Source: the human T2T-CHM13v2.0 reference genome, Homo sapiens
Assembly (NCBI RefSeq): GCF_009914755.1
Contig: NC_060946.1
Strand: one strand, 5' to 3'
DNA length: 64,000 bases
The translations under genes were made by a program, and so were the position numbers. The notes under the pieces are model-generated. The model was not told the DNA's origin. It worked only from the letters and a program-made list of their open reading frames with translations, and did no database searches. Of the stretch, positions 28,490-43,599 are shown piece by piece; the first letter of the stretch is position 1, and each line of letters begins with the position of its first letter.

Positions 28490-31400
28490 CCCAAATATAT
28501 ATTTTTTACTCTACATGAAATATCAAAGTTCACAAACCATATATTATATAGTGTACATAAAATATCAAAGTACCCAAGGTATATATTCTATACTGTACAA
28601 AAAATATCAAAGTACCCAAAGCCTGTATTATATTCTGTACATAAAATATGAAAGTACATCAAATATATATTTTATTCTGTACATAAAATATCAAAGTACA
28701 CCAGATATATATTCTATAGTGTACATAAAATATCAAAGTACCCAAACTATACATTATATACTGTACATAAAATATGAAATTACATCAAATATATATTATA
28801 TTAGGTACATAAAATATGAAAGTACATCAAATATAGATTATATACTGTACATAAAATATCAAAGTACCCCAAATATATATTATATAGTGTACATGAAATA
28901 TCAAACTTCACAAACTATATATTATATACTGTACATAAAATAGCAAAGTACCCAAGGTATATATTCTATCCTGTACAAAAAATATCAAAGTACCCAAAGC
29001 ATGTATTATATACTGTATATAAAATATGAAAGTACATCAAATATATATTTTATTCTGTACATAAAATATCAAAGTACACCAGATATATATTCTATAGTGT
29101 ACATAAAATAACAAAGTACAAAAGCTATAAATTATATACTGTACATAAAATATGAAATTACATCAAATATATATTGGTACATAAAATATGAAAGTACATC
29201 CAATATAGATTATATACTGTACATAAAATATCAATGTACCACAAATATATATTTTATACTCTACATGAAATATCAAAGTTCACAAACCATATATTATATA
29301 CTGTACATAAAATATCAAAGTACCCAAGGTATATATTCTATACTGTACAAAAAATATCAAAGTACCCAAAGCATGTATTATATACTGTACATAAAATATG
29401 AAAGTACATCAAATATATATTTTATTCGGTACATAAAATATCAAAGTACACCAGATATATATTCTATAGTGTACATAAAATATCAAAGTACCCAAACTAT
29501 ACATTATATACTGTACATAAAATATGAAATTACATCAAATATATATTATATTAGGTACATAAAATATGAAAGTACATCAAATATAGATTATATACTGTAC
29601 ATAAAATATCAAAGTACCCCAAATATATATTATATACTGTATATGAAATATCAAAGTTCACAAACTATATATTATATACTGTACATAAAATATCAAAGTA
29701 CCCAAGGTATATATTCTATACTGCACAAAAAAATCAAAGTACCCAAAGCATGTATTATATACTGTATATAAAATATGAAAGTACATCAAATATATATTTT
29801 ATTCTGTACATTATATATCAAAGTACACCAGATATATATTCTATAGTGTACATAAAATAACAAAGTACACAAACTATAAATTTTATACTGTACATAAAAT
29901 ATGAAATTACATCAAATATATATTAGGTACATAAAATATGAAAGTACATCAAATATAGATTATATACTGTACATAAAATATCAATGTACCCCAAATATAT
30001 ATTTTATACTCTACATGAAATATCAAAGTTCACAAACCATATATTGTATACTGTACATAAAATATCAAAGTACCAAAGGTATGTATTCTATACTGTACAA
30101 AAAATATCAAAGTACCCAAAGCATGTATTATATACTGTACATAAAATATGAAAGTACATCAAAAATATATATTTAATTCTGAACATAAAATATCAAAGTA
30201 CACCAGATATATATTCTATAGTGTACATAAAATATCAAAGTACCCAAACTATTTATTATATACTGTACATAAAATATGAAATTACATCAAATATATATTA
30301 TATTAGGAACATAAAATACGAAAGTACATCAAATATAGATTATATACTGTACATAAAATATCAAAGTACCCCAAATATATATTATATACTCTGCATGAAA
30401 TATCAAAGTTCACAAACTATATATTATATACTGTACATAAAATATCAAAGTACCCAAGGTATATATTCTATACTGTACAAAAAATATCAAAGTACCCAAA
30501 GCATGTATTATATACTGTACATAAAATATGAAAGTACATCAAATATATATTTTATTCTGTACATAAAATATCAAGGTACACCAGATATATATTCTATAGT
30601 GTACATAAAATATCAAAGTACCCAAAGTATAAATTATATACTGTACATAAAATATGAAATTACATCAAATATATATTATATTAGGTACATAAAATATGAA
30701 AGTACATCAAATATAGATTATATACTGTACATTAAATACCAAAGTACCCCAAATATATATTTTATACTGTACATGAAATATCAAAGTTCACAAACTATAT
30801 GTTATATACTGTAAATAAAATATCAAAGTACCCGAGGTATATATTCTATACTGTACAAAAAATATCAAAGTACCCAAAGCATGTATTATATACTGTACAT
30901 AAAATATGAAAGTACATCAAATATATATTTTATTCTGTACATAAAATATCAAAGTACACCAGATATATATTCTATAGTGTACATAAAATATAAAAGTACC
31001 CAAACTATACATTATATACTGTACATAAAATATGAAATTACATCAAATATATTTTATATTAGGTACATAAAATATGAAAGTACATCAAATATAGATTATA
31101 TACTGTACATTAAATACCAAAGTACCCCAAATATATATTTTATACTGTACATGAAATATCAAAGTTCACAAACTACATATTATATACTGTACATATAATA
31201 TCAAAGTACCCGAGGTATATATTCTATACTGTACAAAAAATAACAAAGTACCAAAAGCATGTAATATATACTGTACCTAAAATATGAAAGTACATCAAAT
31301 ATATATTTTATTCTTTACATAAAATATCAAAGTACACCAGATATATATTCTATAGTGTACATAAAATATCAAAGTACCCAAACTATACATTATATACTGT

Positions 31401-33000
31401 ACATAAAATATGAAATTACATCAAATATATATTAGGTACATAAAATATGAAAGTACATCAAATATAGATTATATACTGTACATAAAATATCAAAGTACCC
31501 CAAATATATATTATATACTGTACATGAAATATCAGAGTTCACAAACTATATATTATATACTGTACATAAAATATCAAAGTACCCAAGGTATATATTCTAT
31601 ACTGTACAAAAAATATCAAAGTACCCAAAGCATGTATTATATACTGTACATAAAATATGAAAGTACATCAAATATATATTTTATTCTGTACATAAAATAT
31701 CAAAGTACACCAGATATATATTCTATAGTGTACATAAAATAACAAAGTACAAAAACTATAAAATATATACTGTACATAAAATATGAAATTACATCAAATA
31801 TATATTAAGTACATAAAATATGAAAGTACATCAAATATAGATTATATACTGTACATAAAATATCAATGTACCCCAAATATATATGTTATACTCTACATGA
31901 AATATCAAAGTTCACAAACCATATATTATATACTGTACATAAAATATCAAAGTACCCAAGTTATAAATTCTATACTATACAAAAAATATCAAAGTACCCA
32001 AAGCATGTATTATATACTGTACATAAAATATGAAAGTACATCAAATATATATTTTATTCTTTACATAAAATATCAAAGTACACCAGATATATATTCTATA
32101 GTGTACATAAAATATCAAAGTACCCAAACTATACATTATATACTGTACATAAAATATGAGATTACATCAAATATATATTATATTAGGTACATAAAATATG
32201 AAAGTACATCAAATATAGATTATATACTGTACATAAAATATCAAAGTACCCCCAAATATATATTATATACTCTACATGAAATATCAAAGTTCACAAACTA
32301 TATATTATATACTGTACATAAAATATCAAAGTACCCAAGGTATATATTCTATACTGTACAAAAAATATCAAAGTACCCAAAGCATGTATTATATACTGTA
32401 CATAAAATATGAAATTACATCAAATATATATTTTATTCTGTACATAAAATATCAAAGTACACCAGATATATATTCTATAGTGTACATAAAATTACAAAGT
32501 ACACAAACTATACATTATATACTGTACATAAAATATGAAATTACATCAAATATATATTAGGTACATAAAATATGAAAGTACATCAAATATAGATTATATA
32601 CTGTACATAAAATATCAAAGTACCCCAAATATATATTTTGTACTCTACATGAAATATCAAAGTTCACAAACCATATATTATATAGTGTACATAAAATATC
32701 AAAGTACCCAAGGTATATATTCTATACTGTACAAAAAATATCAAAGTACCCAAAGCCTGTATTATATACTGTACATAAAATATGAAAGTACATCAAATAT
32801 ATATTTTATTCTGTACATAAAATATCAAAGTACACCAGATATATATTCTATAGTGTACATAAAATATCAAAGTACCCAAACTATACATTACATACTGTAC
32901 ATAAAATATGAAATTACATCAAATATATATTATATTAGGTACATAAAATATGAAAGTACATCAAATATAGATTATATACTGTACATAAAATATCAAAGTA
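28490..33000 (+). repeat. About 4.5-kb duplicate of ~9040-13560 (offset 19446)
   Basis: ORF pairs 9819/29265, 10775/30221, 11964/31410 and 12337/31783 are all +19446. The pair 13088/32535 is +19447, after a 1-bp C insertion near 32250. Confidence 0.88.
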
Positions 33001-34029
33001 CCCCAAATATATATTATATAGTGTACATGAAATATCAAACTTCACAAACTATATATTAAATACTGTACATAAAATAGCAAAGTACCCAAGGTATATACTC
33101 TATCCTGTAAAAAAAATATCAAACTACCCAAAGCATGTATTATATACTGTATATAAAATATGAAAGTACATCAAATATATATTTTATTCTGTACATAAAA
33201 TATCAAAGTACACCAGATATATATTCTATAGTGTACATAAAATAACAAAGTACAAAAGCTATAAATTATATACTGTACATAAAATATGAAATTACATCAA
33301 ATATATATTGGTACATAAAATATGAAAGTACATCCAATATAGATTATATACTGTACATAAAATATCAATGTACCACAAATATATATTTTATACTCTACAT
33401 GAAATATCAAAGTTCACAAACCATATATTATATACTGTACATAAAATATCAAAGTACCCAAGGTATATATTCTATACTGTACAAAAAATATCAAAGTACC
33501 CAAAGCATGTATTATATACTGTACATAACATATGAAAGTACATCAAATATATATTTTATTCTGTACATAAAATATCAAAGTACACCAGTTATATATTCTA
33601 TAGTGTACATAAAATTACAAAGTACACAAACTATACATTATATACTGTACATAAAATATGAAATTACATCAAATATATATTAGGTACATAAAATATGAAA
33701 GTACATCAAATATAGATTATATACTGTACATAAAATATCAAAGTACCCCAAATATATATTATATACTCTACATGAAATATCAAAGTTCACAAACTGTATA
33801 TTATATACTGTATATAAAATATCAAAGTACCCAAGGTATATATTCTATACTGTACAAAAAATATCAAAGTACCCAAAGCATGTATTATATACTGTATATA
33901 AAATATGAAAGCACATCAAATATATATTTTATTCTGTACATAAAATATCAAAGTACACCAGATATATATTCTATAGTGTACATAAAATATCAAAGTACCC
34001 AAACTATACATTATATACTGTACATAAAA

Positions 34030-37000
34030 TATGAAATTACATCAAATATATATTATATTAGGTACATAAAATATGAAAGTACATCAAATATAGATTATAT
34101 ACTGTACATAAAATATCAAAGTACCCCAAATATATATTATATACTCTACATGAAATATCAAAGTTCACAAACTATATATTATATACTGTACATAAAATAT
34201 CAAAGAACCCAAGGTATATATTCTATAATGTATAAAAAATATCAAATTACCCAAAGCATGTATTATATCCTGTACATAAAATATGAAAGTACATCAAGTA
34301 TATATTTTATTCTGTACATAAAATATCAAAGTACACCAGATATATATTCTATAGTGTACATAAAATAACAAAGTACACAAACTATACATTATATACTGTA
34401 CATAAAATATGAAATTACATCAAATATATATTAGGTACATAAAATATGAAAGTACATCAAATATAGGTTATATACTGTACATAAAATATCAAAGTACCCC
34501 AAATATATATTATATACTCTACATGAAATATCAAAGTTCACAAACTATATATTATATACTGTACATAAAATATCAAAGTACCCAAAGTATATATTCTATA
34601 CTGTACAAAAAATATCAAAGTACCCAAAGCATGTATTATATACTCTATATAAAATATGAAAGTACATCAAATATATATTTTATTCTGTACATAAAATATC
34701 AAAGTACACCAGATATATATTCTATAGTGTACATAAAATATCAAAGTATGCAAACTATACATTATATACTGTACATAAAATATGAAATCACATCAAATAT
34801 ATATTATATTAGGTACATAAAATATGAAAGTACATCAAATATAGATTATATACTGTACATTAAATACCAAAATACACCAAATATATATATTATACTGTAC
34901 ATGAAATATCAAAGTTCACAAACTATATGTTATATACTTTACATAAAATATCAAAGTACCCGAGGTATATATTCTATACTGTACAAAAAATATCAAAGTA
35001 CCCAAAGCATGTATTATATACTGTACATAAAATATGAAAGTACATCAAATATATATTTTATTCTGTACATAAAATATCAAAGTACACCAGATATATATTC
35101 TATAGTGTACATAAAATATAAAAGTACCCAAACTATACATTATATACTGTACATAAAATATGAAATTACATCAAATATATTTTATATTAGGTACATAAAA
35201 TATGAAAGTACATCAAATATAGATTATATACTGTACATTAAATACCAAAGTACCCCAAATATATATTTTATACTGTACATGAAATACCAAAGTTCACAAA
35301 CTACATATTATATACTGTACATATAATATCAAAGTACCCGAGGTATATATTCTATACTGTACAAAAAATAACAAAGTACCAAAAGCATGTAATATATACT
35401 GTACCTAAAATATGAAAGTACATCAAATATATATTTTATTCTGTACATAAAATATCAAAGTACACCAGATATATATTCTATAGTGTACATAAAATATCAA
35501 AGTACCCAAACTATACATTATATACTGTACATAAAATATGAAATTACATCAAATATATATTAGGTACATAAAATATGAAAGTACATCAAATATAGATTAT
35601 ATACTGTACATAAAATATCAAAGTACCCCAAATATATATTATATACTGTACATGAAATATCAGAGTTCACAAACTATATATTATATACTGTACATAAAAT
35701 ATCAAAGTACCCAAGGTATATATTCTATACTGTACAAAAAATATCAAAGTACCCAAAGCATGTATTATATACTGTACATAAAATATGAAAGTACATCAAA
35801 TATATATTTTATTCTGTACATAAAATATCAAAGTACACCAGATATATATTCTATAGTGTACATAAAATAACAAAGTACAAAAACTATAAAATATATACTG
35901 TACATAAAATATGAAATTACATCAAATATATATTAAGTACATAAAATATGAAAGTACATCAAATATAGATTATATACTTTACATAAAATATCAATGTACC
36001 CCAAATATATATGTTATACTCTACATGAAATATCAAAGTTCACAAACCATATATTATATACTGTACATAAAATATCAAACAACCCAAGTTATATATTCTA
36101 TACTATACAAAAAATATCAAAGTACCCAAAGCATGTATTATATACTGTACATAAAATATGAAAGTACATCAAATATATATTTTATTCTTTACATAAAATA
36201 TCAAAGTACACCAGATATATATTCTATAGTGTACATAAAATATCAAAGTACCCAAACTATACATTATATACTGTACATAAAATATGAGATTACATCAAAT
36301 ATATATTATATTAGGTACATAAAATATGAAAGTACATCAAATATAGATTATATACTGTACATAAAATATCAAAGTACCCCAAATATATATTATATACTCT
36401 ACATGAAATATCAAAGTTCACAAACTATATATTATATACTGTACATAAAATATCAAAGTACCCAAGGTATATATTCTATACTGTACAAAAAATATCAAAG
36501 TACCCAAAGCATGTATTATATACTGTACATAAAATATGAAATTACATCAAATATATATTTTATTCTGTACATAAAATATCAAAGTACACCAGATATATAT
36601 TCTATAGTGTACATAAAATTACAAAGTACACAAACTATACATTATATACTGTACATAAAATATGAAATTACATCAAATATATATTAGGTACATAAAATAT
36701 GAAAGTACATCAAATATAGATTATATACTGTACATAAAATATCAAAGTACCCCAAATATATATTATATACTCTACATGAAATATCAAAGTTCACAAACTA
36801 TATATTATATACTGTACATAAAATATCAAAGTACCCAAGGTATATATTCTATAATGTATAAAAAATATCAAATTACCCAAAGCATGTATTATATCCTGTA
36901 CATAAAATATGAAAGTACATCAAGTATATATTTTATTCTGTACATAAAATATCAAAGTACACCAGATATATATTCTATAGTGTACATAAAATAACAAAGT

Positions 37001-40000
37001 ACACAAACTATACATTATATACTGTACATAAAATATGAAATTACATCAAATATATATTAGGTACATAAAATATGAAAGTACATCAAATATAGGTTATATA
37101 CTGTACATAAAATATCAAAGTACCCCAAATATATATTATATACTCTACATGAAATATCAAAGTTCACAAACTATATATTATATACTGTACATAAAATATC
37201 AAAGTACCCAAAGTATATATTCTATACTGTACAAAAAATATCAAAGTACCCAAAGCATGTATTATATACTGTATATAAAATATGAAAGTACATCAAATAT
37301 ATATTTTATTCTGTACATAAAATATCAAAGTACACCAGATATATATTCTATAGTGTACATAAAATATCAAAGTATGCAAACTATACATTATATACTGTAC
37401 ATAAAATATGAAATCACATCAAATATATATTATATTAGGTACATAAAATATGAAAGTACATCAAATATAGATTATATACTGTACATTAAATACCAAAATA
37501 CCCCAAATATATATTTTATACTGTACATGAAATATCAAAGTTCACAAACTATATGTTATATACTGTACATAAAATATCAAAGTACCCGAGGTATATATTC
37601 TATACTGTACAAAAAATATCAAAGTACCCAAAGCATGTATTATATACTGTACATAAAATATGAAAGTACTTCAAATATATATTTTATTCTGTACATAAAA
37701 TATCAAAGTACACCAGATATATATTCTATAGTGTACATAAAATATAAAAGTACCCAAACTATACATTATATACTGTACATAAAATATGAAATTACATCAA
37801 ATATATTTTATATTAGGTACATAAAATATGAAAGTACATCAAATATAGATTATATACTGTACATTAAATACCAAAGTACCCCAAATATATATTTTATACT
37901 GTACATGAAATACCAAAGTTCACAAACTACATATTATATACTGTACATATAATATCAAAGTACCCGAGGTATATATTCTATACTGTACAAAAAATAACAA
38001 AGTACCAAAAGCATGTAATATATACTGTACCTAAAATATGAAAGTACATCAAATATATATTTTATTCTTTACATAAAATATCAAAGAACACCAGATATAT
38101 ATTCTATAGTGTACATAAAATATCAAAGTACCCAAACTATACATTATATACTGTACATAAAATATGAAATTACATCAAATATATATTAGGTACATAAAAT
38201 ATGAAAGTACATCAAATATAGATTATATACTGTACATAAAATATCAAAGTACCCCAAATATATATTATATACTCTGCATGAAATATCAAAGTTCACAAAC
38301 TATATATTATATACTGTACATAAAATATCATATTACCCAAGGTATATATTCTATACTGTGCAAAAAATATCAAAGTACCCAAAGCATGTATTATATACTG
38401 TATATAAAATATGAAAGTACATAAAATATATATTTTATTCTGTACATAAAATATCAAAGTACACCAGATATATATTCTATAGTGTACATAAAATAACAAA
38501 GTACAAAAACTATAAAATATATACTGTACATAAAATATGAAATTACATCAAATATATATTAAGTACATAAAATATGAAAGTACATCAAATATAGATTATA
38601 TACTGTACATAAAATATCAATGTACCCCAAATATGTATGTTATACTCTACATGAAATATCAAAGTTCACAAACCATATATTATATACTGTACATAAAATA
38701 TCAAAGTACCCAAGTTATATATTCTATACTATACAAAAAATATCAAAGTACCCAAAGCATGTATTATATACTGTACAAAAAATATGAAAGTACATCAAAT
38801 ATATATTTTATTCTTTACATAAAATATCAAAGTACACCAGATATATATTCTATAGTGTACATACAATATCAAAGTACCCAAACTATACATTATATACTGT
38901 ACATAAAATATGAGATTACATCAAATATATATTATATTAGGTACATAAAATATGAAAGTACATCAAATATAGATTATATACTGTACATAAAATATCAAAG
39001 TACCCCAAATATATATTATATACTCTAAATGAAATATCAAAGTTCACAAACTATATATTATATACTGTACATAAAATATCAAAGTACCCAAGGTATATAT
39101 TCTATACTGTACAAAAAATATCAAAGTACCCAAAGCATGTATTATATACTGTACATAAAATATGAAATTACATCAAATATATATTTTATTCTGTACATAA
39201 AATATCAAAGTACACCAGATATATATTCTATAGTGTACATAAAATTACAAAGTACACAAACTATACATTATATACTGTACATAAAATATGAAATTACATC
39301 AAATATATATTAGGTACATAAAATATGAAAGTACATCAAATATAGATTATATACTGTACATAAAATATCAAAGTACCCCAAATATATATTATATACTCTA
39401 CATGAAATATCAAAGTTCACAAACTATATATTATATACTGTATATAAAATATCAAAGTACCCAAGGTATATATTCTATACTGTACAAAAAATATCAAAGT
39501 ACCCAAAGCATGTATTATATACTGTATATAAAATATGAAAGCACATCAAATATATATTTTATTCTGTACATAAAATATCAAAGTACACCAGATATATATT
39601 CTATAGTGTACATAAAATATCAAAGTACCCAAACTATACATTATATACTGTACATAAAATATGAAATCACATCAAATATATATTATATTAGGTACATAAA
39701 ATATGAAAGTACATCAAATATAGATTATATACTGTACATAAAATATCAAAGTACCCCAAATATATATTATATACTCTACATGAAATATCAAAGTTCACAA
39801 ACTATATATTGTATACTGTACATAAAATATCAAAGTACCCAAGGTATATATTCTATAATGTAAAAAAAATATCAAAGTACCCAAAGCATGGATTATATCC
39901 TGTAAATAAAATATGAAAGTACATCAAGTATATATTTTATTCTGTACATAAAATATCAAAGTACACCAGATATATATTCTATAGTGTACATAAAATAACA

Positions 40001-41950
40001 AAGTACACAAACTATACATTATATACTGTACATAAAATATGAAATTACATCAAATATATATTAGGTACATAAAATATGAAAGTACATCAAATATAGGTTA
40101 TATACTGTACATAAAATATCAAAGTACCCCAAATATATATTATATACTCTACATGAAATATCAAAGTTCACAAAGTATATATTATATACTGTACATAAAA
40201 TATCAAAGTACCCAAAGTATATATTCTATACTGTACAAAAAATATCAAAGTACCCAAAGCATGTATTATATACTGTATATAAAATATGAAAGTACATCAA
40301 ATATATATTTTATTCTGTACATAAAATATCAAAGTACACCAGATATATATTCTATAGTGTACATAAAATATAAAAGTACCCAAACTATACATTATATACT
40401 GTACATAAAATATGAAATTACATCAAATATATTTTATATTAGGTACATAAAATATGAAAGTACATCAAATATAGATTATATACTGTACATTAAATACCAA
40501 AGTACCCCAAATATATATTTTATACTGTACATGAAATACCAAAGTTCACAAACTACATATTATATACTGTACATATAATATCAAAGTACCCGAGGTATAT
40601 ATTCTATACTGTACAAAAAATAACAAAGTACCAAAAGCATGTAATATATACTGTACCTAAAATATGAAAGTACATCAAATATATATTTTATTCTTTACAT
40701 AAAATATCAAAGAACACCAGATATATATTCTATAGTGTACATAAAATATCAAAGTACCCAAACTATACATTATATACTGTACATAAAATATGAAATTACA
40801 TCAAATATATATTAGGTACATAAAATATGAAAGTACATCAAATATAGATTATATACTGTACATAAAATATCAAAGTACCCCAAATATATATTATATACTG
40901 TACATGAAATATCAGAGTTCACAAACTATATATTATATACTGTACATAAAATATCAAAGTACCCAAGGTATATATTCTATACTGTACAAAAAATATCAAA
41001 GTACCCAAAGCATGTATTATATACTGTACATAAAATATGAAAGTACATCAAATATATATTTTATTCTGTACATAAAATATCAAAGTACACCAGATATATA
41101 TTCTATAGTGTACATAAAATAACAAAGTACAAAAACTATAAAATATATACTGTACATAAAATATGAAATTACATCAAATATATATTAAGTACATAAAATA
41201 TGAAAGTACATCAAATATAGATTATATACTTTACATAAAATATCAATGTACCCCAAATATATATGTTATACTCTACATGAAATATCAAAGTTCACAAACC
41301 ATATATTATATACTGTACATAAAATATCAAAGTACCCAAGTTATATATTCTATACTATACAAAAAATATCAAAGTACCCAAAGCATGTATTATATACTGT
41401 ACATAAAATATGAAAGTACATCAAATATATATTTTATTCTTTACATAAAATATCAAAGTACACCAGATATATATTCTATAGTGTACATAAAATATCAAAG
41501 TACCCAAACTATACATTATATACTGTACATAAAATATGAGATTACATCAAATATATATTATATTAGGTACATAAAATATGAAAGTACATCAAATATAGAT
41601 TATATACTGTACATAAAATATCAAAGTACCCCAAATATATATTATATACTCTACATGAAATATCAAAGTTCACAAACTATATATTATATACTGTACATAA
41701 AATATCAAAGTACCCAAGGTATATATTCTATACTGTACAAAAAATATCAAAGTACCCAAAGCATGTATTATATACTGTACATAAAATATGAAATTACATC
41801 AAATATATATTTTATTCTGTACATAAAATATCAAAGTACACCAGATATATATTCTATAGTGTACATAAAATTACAAAGTACACAAACTATACATTATATA
41901 CTGTACATAAAATATGAAATTACATCAAATATATATTAGGTACATAAAAT
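34030..41950 (+). repeat. Local 2626-bp (7-unit; 3x378 + 4x373) super-repeat, about 3 copies
   Basis: ORF starts 35538/38164/40790, 35911/38537/41163 and 36662/39288/41914, and ORF ends 35326/37952/40578, are each 2626 apart. Confidence 0.88.
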
Positions 41951-43599
41951 ATGAAAGTACATCAAATATAGATTATATACTGTACATAAAATATCAATGT
42001 ACCCCAAATATATATTTTATACTCTACATGAAATATCAAAGTTCACAAACCATATATTATATACTGTACATAAAATATCAAAGTACCCAAGGTATATATT
42101 CTATACTATACAAAAAATATCAAAGTACCCAAAGCATGTGTTATATACTGTACATAAAATATGAAAGTACATCAAATATGTATTTTATTCTGTACATAAA
42201 ATATCAAAGTACACCAGATATATATTCCATAGTGTACATAAAATATCAAAATACCCAAACTATACATTATATACTGTACATAAAATATGAGATTACATCA
42301 AATATATATTATATTAGGTACATAAAATATGAAAGTACATCAAATATAGATTATATACTGTACATAAAATATCAAAGTACCCCAAATATATATTATATAC
42401 TCTACATGAAATATCAAAGTTCACAAACTATATATTATATACTGTACATAAAATATGAAATTACATCAAATATATATTAGGGACATAAAATATGAAAGTA
42501 CATCAAATATAGATTATATACTGAACATATAATATCAATGTACCCCAAATATATATTTTATACTCTACATGAAATATCAAAGTTCAGAAACCATACGTTA
42601 TATACTGTACATAAAATATCAAAGTACCCAAATTATAAATTCTATACTGTACAAAAAATATCAAAGTACCCAAAGCATGTGTTATATACTGTACATAAAA
42701 TATGAAAGTACATCAAATATATATTTTATTCTGTACATAAAATATCAAAGTACACCAGATATATATTCCATAGTGTACATAAAATATCAAAATACCCAAA
42801 CTATACATTATATACTGTACATAAAATATGAGATTACATCAAATATATATTATATTAGGTACATAAAATATGAAAGTACATCAAATATAGATTATATACT
42901 GTACATAAAATATCAAAGTACCCAAACTATACATTATATAATGTACATAAAATATGAAATTATATCAAATATATATTAGGTACATAAAATATGAAAGTAC
43001 ATCAAATATAGATTATATACTGTACATAAAATATCAAAGTACCCCAAATATATATTATATACTCTACATGAAATATCAAATTTCACAAACTATATATTAT
43101 ATACTGTACATAAAATATCAAAGTACCCAAGGTATATATTCTATACTGTACAAAAAATATCAAAGTACCCAAAGCATGTATTATACACTGTATACAAAAT
43201 ATGAAAGTACATTAAAGATATATTTTATTCTGTACATAAAATATCAAAGTAGACCAGATATATATTCTATAGTGTACATAAAATAACAAAGTACACAAAC
43301 TATAAATTATATACTGTACATAAAATATGAAATTACATCAAATATATATTAGGTACATAAAATATGAAAGTACATCAAATATAGATTATATACTGTACAT
43401 GTAATATCAATGTACCCCAAATATATATTTTATACTCTACATGAAATATCAAAGTTCACAAACCATACATTATGTACTGTACGTAAAATATCAAAGTACA
43501 CAAGGTATATATTCTATACTGTACAAAAAATATCAAAGTACCCAAAGCATGTATTATATACTGTACATAAAATATGAAAGTACATCAAATATATATTTT

